From Octopus bimaculoides (lineage: Eukaryota), in the NCBI RefSeq assembly GCF_001194135.2, contig NC_068982.1:31196734-31259563 (forward strand): DNA of 62,830 nucleotides, read 5' to 3'. Position numbers and translations under genes: made by a program. The notes beneath the pieces were generated by a model that was not told the origin of the DNA, did no database searches, and saw only the letters and a list, made by a program, of their open reading frames with translations. This document shows, piece after piece, positions 38,451 through 49,480 of the stretch (position 1 is the stretch's first letter; each line of letters starts with the position of its first letter).

Positions 38451-40639
38451 ATCGGGTCTCTGAAATTCTGTTTTAGGAGACGACCTTGAATTGATCCTAA
38501 CGGGTTAGGAGAACGATCCGTAACAGCGCTTAAGTCATACTCATTTCGTCTCTTTTTAACAGGGATACAGTTTGGGCTGCTGCTGAACGTGGTATCGTTC
38601 AGCGTCTGAAAAAAAATAAAACACTTGTGACGGTGAACACTGCAGATTATATCGCGAGTGATGTGACCAATTGTGAAGCTAGCGAAGAAGTATGCAGATT
38701 TTGTTTGATTTCTTACATTACTGAATATTTCAAAACCAATGTTGTGGTACTATGATTGAAGGTATGCTGAATGAAGTTGTTTGGAAGAGGAGATGGTGAG
38801 AGAAAGCAACGGCAATGAATTGACTTTCTTGTTAGTTTTATTGCGATTGGCGCACATAGCGCACACAAGGCGTTTAGAAGAAATAAAGATGTAAAGGATG
38901 TTTGCAGGATATCCTATATGATATAGTGACTTAAAAGATAAACGAAAACTCAATTTAAAGCACGTGTGGAATAGAACTGAGGCAAAGATAGCATTCAATA
39001 AAGTGTGACAACTGAAGCGAATATCTACTTTTAAAGATGCGAAATATTGTAATACGATTTTAGAGAATCACCTGCAAACAGAGGAGAATGAAATAGATAG
39101 AGGCTATTTCTTCATTGGTTCTTAAAAATTCCGGTTGTGACTTTTAAGAGTAGGAATCGTAAAGGAGACTAGCAAGCTCGCTTACTATGCTGCTTTGGGA
39201 AAACAGTTATAGAGTTGATTTGTTTCTTGCCAGATGTTGCATGAATACAAGTAATAATAATAAATCAACAGACAATCCTTTTAAACTTATAATATGAAAC
39301 TTTATTTAACCCCAACTCTTAGTTATTTCAAAAACATACAAGCATAAATCATAAGACATATAATTGTGTAACTAGCCCTCACTACCAAAAATCACCAGCC
39401 TTGGGCTTTAATTTGAAAGGATCGTTGTTGCTGTTACCTTAGTACAATTTATTGGGATATCATCTGGTCTGTAAGGGTGGCTCAGATGGTAACGAGCTGA
39501 GCGGTAATTAATTTTATTGATTAATGACCAAGGTCAAATCATGCCAATCATGTTCGACATTGAACTTTATCCCATCATTGGTCCCAGGGAAATATTTGCT
39601 GCATTCATTTCAAAAGTGCACAACTATTCTAGCACATGATCTGAATATGTGTGTATGAATGAAACATAAATTATACATGGCGACTGACTGAATGAGGTAT
39701 GCCTAAACACAAGTAGCGTAGTATGCAAAGACAACAAGAAGTCTTTTCGCTTTGTATATAGGATAGTTCACCGACTCGGCTAGATATCGGAGAAAACATA
39801 ATCCAAGGAGACTGCTGACAGTCTGCTTTGGTGAGTGTTGTATTTATCGGAGATATAAATCGACGTAGGTAGTGGAGTTTCAAATGCTCATGTAGTCTTT
39901 CGTTAACATTTTGTTTCAAAGTAAGCAAACACTCGTAAAAAAGTAAGCAAGCATGAATTTGAAATAGAAACTTCAAGTATATACAACAAATACTATATAC
40001 TATCCCAAGTACTTGTTGTAAACGATATCAGAATCGAAGACAATAAGCCAGAAACTTCTTGAGGTGTAACTGAAAGAGCAATTTTCCTCTCCACTGAATC
40101 GTTAGGAGATCAAAGCATTATTTATAAAGACGTACTGACGAACAGCTACTGTTCTCAGATGCTTTCACTTTTTCCTTTATGAATGCCTACACACACACAC
40201 ATCTACACACACATCTACACACACATACACGCACATTCACTCACACACACAAACTCACACACACACACCATCACATACACTTTCATACACGTTCATACAC
40301 ACTTGTACGTTATTAAATATTACTATTCTTTTAAAGAAACCAACGTTTACTGATGCTCAACCTTAGCATTTCGTTTACATGTATAGTTTCCATTTCATAT
40401 TTATCGTTATTCTGTCAGTCTTATTTTTTTTTTTTTTTTGAACGTTTAACATTAAGTTCAGCATCTCCTTTATTTTCAGATATGAAATTGTAGACATGTA
40501 GTTAAGTAATTTGTTTTGATACTACAAACTAACTACTTTCAGTAAATTCGCATTTAGTGAAACATGTATGAGACAATGTAAAGCTATACTTTCCACACAC
40601 ATGCACACACACACACACACACAGACACACACACACACA

Positions 40640-40806
40640 CTTTTTTCTCTTTCGTCATTTTTTCCTCTCGTCACTTCCTGTCGAACACGATAGACTCGAA
40701 ACCTCAAAGACTTTTCTATTTCTCCCGAGCATCAAACTATTACACCTGCTGCTTTTCCCTCAACTTATTCTGTCTTTTGCCTTCTGTACATTTGAATAAT
40801 ATATAT
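40640..40806 (+). mobile_element. Short non-coding repeat with hammerhead-like motif (copy 1, degenerate)
   Basis: CTTC-CTGTCGA-A-CACG-ATAG-ACTC-GAAAC-CTC-AAAGAC..CCCGAGCATCAAACTATTACACCTGC; homologous to the 51240 and 56625 copies; ends in (TA)n. Confidence 0.8.
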
Positions 40807-40964
40807 AGGAGTGGCTGTGTGGTAAGTAGCCTGCTTACCAACTACATGGTTCCGGGTTCAGTCCCACTGCGTGGCACCTCGGGCAAGTGTCTTCTACTAC
40901 AGTCTTGGGCCAACCAAAGTCTTGTGAGTAGATTTGGTAGACGGAAACTGAAAGAAGCACGTCG

Positions 40965-40995
<31 letters not shown>

Positions 40996-41101
40996 ATGCT
41001 TGTGTGTCTGTGTTTTCCCTCCACCATCGTTTGACAACGGATGGTGATGTGTTTACCTCCCGTAACTTTGCAGTTCGGCAAAAGAGACCGATAGAGTAAG
41101 T
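40807..41101 (+). mobile_element. SINE family B (tRNA-derived head), 3'-truncated
   Basis: A-box TGGCTGTGTGG, B-box GGTTCAGTCC, body GGGCAAGTGTCTTCTACTA..GGTAGACGGAAACTGAAAGAAGC, internal TA/TG repeat. Confidence 0.92.
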
Positions 41102-41149
41102 AATGACTCAGTATATCAAAATGTATATATAAACACACATTTTAATATA

Positions 41150-41820
41150 CTGAGTGCAGCCTATCAAAATCTGTCGTGCATTTTTCATGCAGGTTTTAAT
41201 TTCATATAAATTTTGATCAAGTTCCTTGTTATACCATGAAATAGAGAGTGAGGTGTACGGATCGGAGGTATACTTGAAAAATGTATGTCTCACGGGACAA
41301 GGATGAGCTTGAGTTTCGCTGTTATATATGATGATGGTGACTAATTCTTCTTTAGTCAAATTGTCTTTGTAATGTACTCCTTGGATTGATATGACAAATC
41401 TTGAGTGAGATGCAGAAAATTCGATGTTGTTTGTCGTTTGCCAGCCGATGTTCTGTACCATATGATAGAACATACACTTCGATGCATGGTGTTGCAGTAG
41501 GATTCTAGCTTTTTTCGTCATCTTTGTAAGGTGATCGAAATCAGAAGCTATCTTTTTGAGACTTGCTAAAATCTCCCAACCAAGTCAGATGTTTAACGTT
41601 ATAGTTGAACTCAGATGGTCTTTAAATGCTTTACAATGGCAAAAAAGCTGTCATGGACAAATAAGAGGGGTCCAACAGGAATGAAAATAAAATTATAAAC
41701 AGAATTCAAAATTTATGCACTTTTAACACATATTAAGCATGATAAGCATAAATAAAAGTCAGTTTTAAAAGAATGCATCCGATTTCACTCAAATCATCAC
41801 ACATTCCGGGACACCCTGTA
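41150..41820 (-). mobile_element. Probable Tc1/mariner-superfamily 5' remnant (TIR plus HTH-like N-terminus)
   Basis: The minus strand begins TA-CAGGGTGTCCCGG (41820-41806), a typical ITm-type terminus. The peptide LTKEELVTIIIYNSETQ..VRHTFFK..SLSISW loosely resembles DUF4817-type N-terminal HTHs. Confidence 0.45.
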
Positions 41821-41839
41821 TTTACTCATCCTACTATAC

Positions 41840-41930
41840 GGGGGAGGGAACACAGAGGGGACTAATTGCAGGTGGAGGCGTAGCTTCCGGAAGTGATCAC
41901 GCGGTCAAACTCAAATGGCTGAGTCACAAC
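41840..41930. promoter_or_regulatory. Candidate TATA-less promoter motif cluster
   Basis: Locally GC/CpG-enriched; palindromic ETS-like CTTCCGGAAG(TG) at 41884-41895, YY1-like CAAATGGCT at 41912-41920, AP-1 TGAGTCA at 41920-41926. Motif evidence only. Confidence 0.3.
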
Positions 41931-42799
41931 AGTAGTTTGTGTTTTGTATGAACATTTTGCGTTATATAGTTGAGATATGGATAACATAGAAAGCAGACAT
42001 GCTTCCGGGCCATGCTGCGTTGCACAGGATTGGAAACGTGAAACATCAACAGGGCACTTCTAGAGAATGGGTGAATGGATTTGTTGTGCCTTTACCCAGT
42101 CGCACACATATGCACATGGCTCGGTGGTGCGCGGGATGATAACATGAAGTATCGACAGGGCGCTAACAAAAATTTTAATGTTCTCATTTCCCTTGCCAAA
42201 TAGTAAATGCGATGTAATTATAATAATAGGAAGGATATTACTAGCACATCAACACAGAATGAATACTTAAAGTAGTATACCAAACAGCAAAGTAGTGAAA
42301 ATATTTTTCTGGAACATGAGAGAAAACTAAATGGGATGGGGCAAAATTTGAAATGCTGAACTTATGAACCAAAGATGAAACATCGATGATAAGATACCCC
42401 TCTGTTGGTTTACTACTATACATCCTGAAAACAAGCATTAGCATAGTGCCGTTACTTTAAACTGATTTATTACATAAGTAAATCAAATAAATTAGCTCTG
42501 TCAAAAAATTACCAACTTCCCTAATATTCCTGAGCGTATCTGCGTTCACCTAATTTCGGTTGTGCAAAATTAAAATAATGCCACTAAAAGGAGAAATTAG
42601 ATGGCAGCTGTTAGAATAATCAAGTAAGTTCGTTGGCATGAATCGATAAACATTTTGATTGAGATAGTTTCTCAATTATAGTCTTATTGTTTGTGGCAGC
42701 GGAGCATTGTTTTCTTATATTATCCCAGAGTCAATCCTAATATTGTTGTGCGTGAGTACGAGCCCCCCCCCCCTGGCGAGAATGGACTGGACTACTACT

Positions 42800-43176
42800 T
42801 ATATATAGCAGCGGTCTGAATAAATGAGCGAGTTCTGACGTCAAAAATGTATGAAAGATGTTGGAAGAATGTAGCCCGAATGCTGGAACAACGTAGCCCA
42901 AATGCTGGAACAACGTAGCCCAAATGTTGAGCATGTATGTGCCTAATTAAGTGGGGAAAGAAAGGAAGAAGTAAACGGTTCAACGCAGGAATGTGGTTGG
43001 TGGGGTCAAACCTATTCCGCGCCCATTCATTCTTTCATTTTCATCCGAAATTATAATGTATGTATTCATTAATTGTAATCTCATCCGCTAAGTACCCGAC
43101 CCTTATTTGTCCCGAGTATTGTCTCCTCTTTGTTTTAACCCTTGTGATTTGATTAAAGTCATTGTGCTAGTTCCAC
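42800..43176 (+). mobile_element. L1/Tx1-like element, 5'-truncated 3' end (ORF2 C-terminus and 3' UTR)
   Basis: ERVLTSKMYERCWKNVARML..SMYVPN* is followed by a ~206-bp UTR (42971-43176) homologous to 45642-45844. Confidence 0.8.
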
Positions 43177-45844
43177 TGATTTGTACTGGAAGGCTTAACT
43201 GAATGGGAGTTAAATATCGCCACTTGCTCGTTAATGGCGATGCGAAGATTTTGGAAGCGGAGGGGAAAAACAAAATAAGTTTGAAGTGTACGCGATTAAT
43301 GTTATCGAATGAATTCGAGTTGAATTTGTTTTTTAAAATAATTGCATTTCTGCCGTGTCGTAGACAAGAAACACATTCCCCCTTCCTGGAAGTGGGCAAG
43401 GTAGATTTTCAACCTAAAATCTTTTTCCTTTTTTTTTTTTTAGTGCGAAATGAACAGCTTGTCGAGAGATGAATAGACGCTAATGGCGAGGCGCTTGGAA
43501 GAAGACTGCGTGGAACGCGGGCAAAAGGAAAGGGAAAGACAGAAGAAAGCAGAACAAAGCAGAAAAGAAGAAAATGCGGAGAAAAGCGTAAACTTTGCTT
43601 CGGCTGCTACCGTGGCGAAAGAAAACGTCTGCTTCAATCCGGGCAGACATAAAAATATACGACGAAGAGAGGGTGACGAGGTGGAAGTTTCACTTCCTGG
43701 AGAAACTATACAGAACGCAGTAAGAGAAACTGTGATTTACAAAACAGTGTCAATGAAATCGAATAGAATAAAACAGGCGACCAAAGAAACAAGGGAGAAA
43801 TGGCTCCGCCCCATTCGGATGGATGTAACTATGGAAATGCGATACGACACCGTGGATGTGCGTTTCCGTACCGAGGAAAAAGCCAGACGACATTTAACGA
43901 ACTTGTTGAAAACAGCCGAGGTGTCTCTGCTGCCCACATACCTTGCTAGACGCACTCCCTAGGTAAGGGAGAGGGAATACAAATGGAAATTGATGTTGCC
44001 TGGCTTATTGAGGCAATCTTAATGGAGGATAAAGTAACTATCCTTCAAGCCTACAAGTATCAACAGCAGAACTGGGTAGGACAAGCTTTAGAATTGATAA
44101 TTCAGGCCGCCCCAAGAGATATAGAGAAAATTATAGACATAATTTCGGTGGGAGAGACGAAGCTAAGAGTGAACGTGGAAGGCAGGAAGCCCAGATGTTA
44201 TAAATGCAGACAGAAAGGGCACATTAAGGCTGAATGTGTGCTACCGGCAGCAGCAGCAGCAGAAAAAGTAGCCCCTCACCGAAGGAGAAACCAGCAGCAC
44301 CTACACCTCCGACAAAACCAGCAGAACCTCCACCACCGCCAACAAAACTAGAAGCACCTACAACTACGGCGAAAATCCAACCGAAACCTAGGAAAGCGGA
44401 GGATATACCCATACAAAACACCACAAAGACAGAGTCAAATGAAGACGCAGAGTGGGAGCACGTAGGAAGGAAAAAGAGAAAAAGAAAAAAGGCTCTAACT
44501 CCGACTCCCCAGAGAAACCTGCACATTCACAGTCCAACCAAACATCCACGCAAGCACTCACACAAACACACACAACTTCACAAACACATACAATCACTCA
44601 AATGTCTTTATTGCATCTGTCCTTACTTATCGCCTAACCGTCGTGCCGTGCCCCAATTCGTAGCTAAACAAGTTGGAACGGATGCTCTTTNNNNNNNNNN
44701 NNNNNNNNNNNNNNNNNNNNNNNNNNNNNNNNNNNNNNNNNNNNNNNNNNNNNNNNNNNNNNNNNNNNNNNNNNNNNNNNNNNNNNNNNNNNNNNNNNNN
44801 NNNNNNNNNNNNNNNNNNNNNNNNNNNNNNNNNNNNNNNNNNNNNNNNNNNNNNNNNNNNNNNNNNNNNNNNNNNNNNNNNNNNNNNNNNTCTACGTGGA
44901 CGGTGAGAGGGTGTGGTCTCTGCTTGTTGATGAGATTTCCCAAGCTTTGCCTCTTTTGGTGAACTGGAATGCTGGATCAGGCGTAGACCAGGCCTGGGAG
45001 CTTGGCAAGCAGAGTGTCGACAGGCGCTCGTGCTTCTCTCCCGAACGAGCAATGCCGACGGAGGGGGTACTAACTCGGTGTACTATAGAGCGCTGGTAGA
45101 GGGCAAGTATGATGACAGCCTGGTGGGAGACTCTGGGTTTCTATGAAAGTCAGCTTGCGAACCGCCATCGAAGGACTTTAGACCTAGCACCTGTGGGCAA
45201 CTTCCAGTGGTCCCTTGCTTGGCTGTGCTTCTGAAGTGCCTTGCCAGTTCGGGATAAACTGGTGAGGCACGGCATCACGGTTTTGCCTACGCGCCCACGT
45301 TGCGGGCAGAGCAACGAAACTGTTCTGCATGCAATCTCACAGTGCTCGAATCTCTCGGACCTGTGGGTTTCTACCGAACGGGTACTGTCACAGACGGGGA
45401 GAGTACAGCTATCAGGCGAATCGATTATTAAGATTGTTCCGCCGTCTCCTCTAAAAGGAGAAGAGAAATTCTGCTTTCTAGCCGCAATAGCTACAGCGAA
45501 AGAGGTGATATGGAAGACGCGTGTAAGAGGTATCGCATCAGACACGTTCGTCTCCGGGCATGCTTTGGTTAACCTCATTTTATGTCGCGTAAGAAAGAAA
45601 GCAAATATGGAGAAGAAACGTTTGACGACAAAAAGGACGACGTAAACGGTTCAACGTAGAAATGTTGTTGGTGGGGTCAAGCCCATTCCGCGTCCATCCA
45701 TTCTTTCCTCTTCATCCGAAATTATATTGTATTCATCCATATATGTAATCTCATTCGATATGTCCCCGACCCCTATTTGTCCCTATATCGTCCCCTATTT
45801 GTTTAACTCTTGTGGTTTGAATAAAATCATCGTGCTAGTTCCAC
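43177..45844 (+). mobile_element. L1/Tx1-like non-LTR retrotransposon: 5' UTR, ORF1, gap, ORF2 C-terminus, 3' UTR
   Basis: ORF1 (43483-44600, disrupted): RYDTVDVRFRTEEKARR..LLPTY..LRVNVEGRKPRCYKCRQKGHIKAEC plus a Pro/Lys-rich tail. ORF2 end (44891-45645): ALPVRDKLVRHG..PRCGQSNETVLHAISQCSNLSDLW, zf-RVT-like. AATAAA at 45820. Confidence 0.88.
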
Positions 45845-47434
45845 AGTTCGTGTGTTGATAGTTCAAAGTCGGAGTTCAAAATTTACAGTTCGTGTTAGTG
45901 TATCCGATTGTTGGTTCTTAAAAGATTGTTGTTACGTTCCGTATGGTTACAGCCGTTTGTTTCGATTATATTGTTATTACACTGTTGCAGTGTACTCTTT
46001 AATCCATAAGGACATAACAAGTATAAAAATATAATATACTAATTTGTTTAGCTATGACACTTTCCATGGAAATATGTCACTAATATGCAGGTCATGAGAA
46101 TGCTAAATTCTATGACGAATAATTAATTGTTTTCAAGCGTTTTATTTTCTCATTTCTAATTTTTACGTATCAGTCACTGAAGTTTTCTTAGTATGTGATA
46201 CGTTGGAAATACTATGTATCAACACAGCCATATTCCCCTGTTACTTCAAACCATTCAATCATATAGAAGCTAAGAAAGGTAATATCAGGCAAAACATGGT
46301 AATCATTATTAGCCCAGTCGTCTAATATCCTGGATACACAAGATTTATGACTCACACCTAAATACTAAATAAAAATTGTAAAAAAACATAGCTGTGATTT
46401 AGACAAATTAATAACAAAAATAACTAGAATATATTATTTAATCCAAATAAATATTATAGAATATTTCACTTTAATTTCTTTTTTATCTGAAAACTTCTCA
46501 TTAGTAATATTCTGTTTATATTCATTGTTGATCACCTCAGGCATAAAACAAGAAAGCTGGTTTCATGTGTGTAATTTATGTTTTACTTGCAGACTTTTAA
46601 ATGTAATGAACATAACATGATTTAAATTTTGATTCCTGGAAGCAAGTCGTTGTCAGTCATTTTGCTCCTCGAAGTATATGCGTATGACTGTGGATATATA
46701 TACACGTCCTTCTATGCATGCACGTATACGCGAATGTGTGAAGTTTATATTTCAATAACATGTTTCTTAATTAAGAATTGTTATAAGACACAATCAGATT
46801 GTAAATAAGATACTTCATATGAAATACCCCTTTGGTTTTCATCTCTTCTATGGCTGCTATAATTGTAACCTGCAACAGATAAATCATCCTAATTTATACA
46901 CATTTATTAGATTAAAGTGTATTTCTCATTGTTTAATTGTGTTAAAAAAAGCCGATAGTTGGTGAGGGGAGGATGAGAATGAATAAGTCATAACTACACC
47001 TAAACAAAACTAACTTAATCCCACAAACAGACAAATCTTACTTGGGCAACGTATTTTTAATTTTTATAATTGCTGAGCTGTAAACTAATCTTGTGACTGG
47101 TTTTATATCTCTGTGCATATATACCGACACGCCGCTTTTATTTAGATTATTCTAGAGCACACTTGTTTCATATAATTGCTAGCATAAAAGCACTTAGGAT
47201 GAATTTTAGCATTTATTTCTGTGAAATTTGTAAATATATATAGTATACATATTCTTGCTGCGTGATCCCTAATCATGAAACGATATAAGTGTGAATATTT
47301 TGTGTGGCACCTTCCGGACAAACAGTTTTGTTTCAACAATTTGTTCGTGCGTGTTCACACATATATGTGTGAATGTGTAGCATATCTTTTTAGTGGTCTG
47401 AATATAACTGTACAAATATAAATGTATAAATGTG

Positions 47435-47436
<2 letters not shown>

Positions 47437-47481
<45 letters not shown>

Positions 47482-47818
47482 TAGTTTTATTTTTATAACG
47501 TGCTTTCACTTCACTACCGAGCGCAGCTCTGTGCGCCTTGGGTATGTGCTGTGGTTTGCTGTGGTGCTCTTATGTTTACTGTATTGAAAGTGTTTTGCGT
47601 AGAATGTGTGCAGTACCCAGTAGTGCAATTTTCTGTATGTTATATATATTTGTAAGTCCTGGTGTTTTTGTTATGTATTTGTCTGAATATTTTTTTATTA
47701 TACCTAAGGCACCTACTATGATAGGAATTGTTTCTGTTTTTAGATTCCACATTCGAGTTATCTCTATTTCCAGGTCTTTGTATTTTGAAAGTTTTTCCAT
47801 TTCTTTTAGAGAAACGTT

Positions 47819-47849
<31 letters not shown>
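47437..47849 (-). mobile_element. R4/Dong-clade non-LTR retrotransposon 3' end embedded in (TAA)n
   Basis: EKLSKYKDLEIEITRMWNLKTETIPIIVGALG..QKIALLGTAHILRKTLS* is the restriction-like endonuclease C-terminus. It has a ~100-nt UTR and (ATT)n tracts on both sides (47437-47478, 47821-47849). Confidence 0.88.
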
Positions 47850-47853
47850 CGAG

Positions 47854-48060
47854 TTTAAGATGGTGAACTGGTAGAATCATTAACACGTCGGGAGAAATTT
47901 CGCCCGATTTTATGTTCTGAGTTCAAATTTCCCCGATGTCAACTCTGCCTTTCATCCTTTCTGGGTCGATAAAACAAGTATCAGTTGTGTACTGGGTCGA
48001 TGTAATCTCTTCCCCCTCCCACTAATTTCAGGCCTTGAACCTTTAGTAGAAAGGATTATT
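47854..48060 (+). mobile_element. SINE family A, near full length, with target-site duplication
   Basis: Head TAAGATGGTGAACTGGTAGAATC, B-box CTGAGTTCAAATT; ATTATTATTATCGAG occurs on both flanks (ending 47853 and 48069). Confidence 0.88.
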
Positions 48061-49099
48061 ATTATCGAGCTATTTTCATTCAGTTGGCCAAAAGATATTC
48101 AATATCTTACACCGAACGTTTTTAGTATAACACTATAGTGATCCAGTTATAAATTTTCTTTCTTTTCTCTTCGACCACTTTTCCACCAAAGCATTCACAC
48201 GAAGCGTTTCTTTTACTTTTGCAATTCTCGAATATTTCAACATTATCATGAAATAAAGATTGTAGCTTTGTCTGAAACTTTAGTATTTCCCTCGTGGAGT
48301 TCAAGATCATGAGATAAAATCCATCCCGTGTATACTACTTACGATGAAACTTCCTGAATTTTCAAAACCCATCATCTTCCGTTTCTTTATCACTTGTCCA
48401 TAACATAAATCCCTTATTTTCTTTAGTTAAATTGATTTCAGTGTAGGTACCATTACATATTCAGCATATCATATTTGACTTGTTCCAGGCCACCTTCATT
48501 ACCGGTGTCTTACTGTAATATAACATTATTTTCTTCATAAATATGTTACACAACTACTATTTTAATGAGAAATGTTTTGTCGTTATGTGAAGTAAAAACT
48601 CTATTACATGCTTGAGCTAGTTATTATAATTTCACATCACCTGTTTAAAAGAAACGTTGCTATGTGATGATATAAAAAATATTTGATTAATGCACATCAT
48701 TCATGGGGCTACAATTAACTAATAGTGCACATCTATCAGACTTGTTGTTTCTTTTAATGGCTTCAGTGTGGTCCACATCCCTTCATACATTGTGCATGTA
48801 CAAAGAGCCCCTGATTGATGCCCTACCAACTTTTTCTCTTTTAAAACATATCTACTGAAGCGGTTAGACTTTTTTCTTTGTATAGTATTAAAAAAATTGA
48901 TCTTTTCTATTTTGGTATTAGACTATATCTAATCAGAATCAATATACTGGGTTGATACCTTTTCTGGGGGGTCTTTTCATCTAATTATCTATAATTAAAT
49001 TGACTACAGGGAGAGTAAGGAGGGTTCTCGACGAGCCGTTACACATACAGTTCCGTTGTACTCACCGACTTTAATGTTAATTAGAGCCACCTCAAAAAA

Positions 49100-49480
49100 C
49101 TGCTGCATGAATCTCAATAGTTTTTTTAAAAAAAAACTCCAGCTTTCTCTGTAGTCACCAGAGTAGTGTCAGGTCCTCCACTAACAATTATCTTCGATTT
49201 TATGTAAGCAATATAAAGTGAATTTTTCTTTGCCTACTTGGCAATGGTCTCTTTTAAGAATATAGCTGCTGTTGTTTATTATTGTGAGTACAATCCACAT
49301 CTCATCCAATCTGAGTTTATCCTGATGTAACATTTCTAAGTCACTCGTTCAACTACGAGTAAAATGTTTCATTCTTTTCATGTATTCATCCAATTTCCTC
49401 ATTCAGTTGTGTGCAAGCATACCGTTATATTAGCCATCAGACATAGCACGTTTGTGTATTACTTGATTAAGGAAAAAGGA
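49100..49480 (-). pseudogene. Decayed LINE (RTE-like) endonuclease fragment
   Basis: EKNETFYS*LNE*LRNVTSG*TQIG*D resembles KExFYxQLxxxLxxVPxxDKLIxLGD. Confidence 0.4.

Noticed and set aside
38582-38603. Perfect 8-bp hairpin GCTGAACG/CGTTCAGC next to an A-run
   Set aside because: No CTRR Helitron end follows, intrinsic terminators are irrelevant here, and it is a single short stem.
42871-42926. 22-bp direct repeats as a CRISPR array
   Set aside because: No spacers, eukaryotic context, and it lies inside a retrotransposon ORF end.
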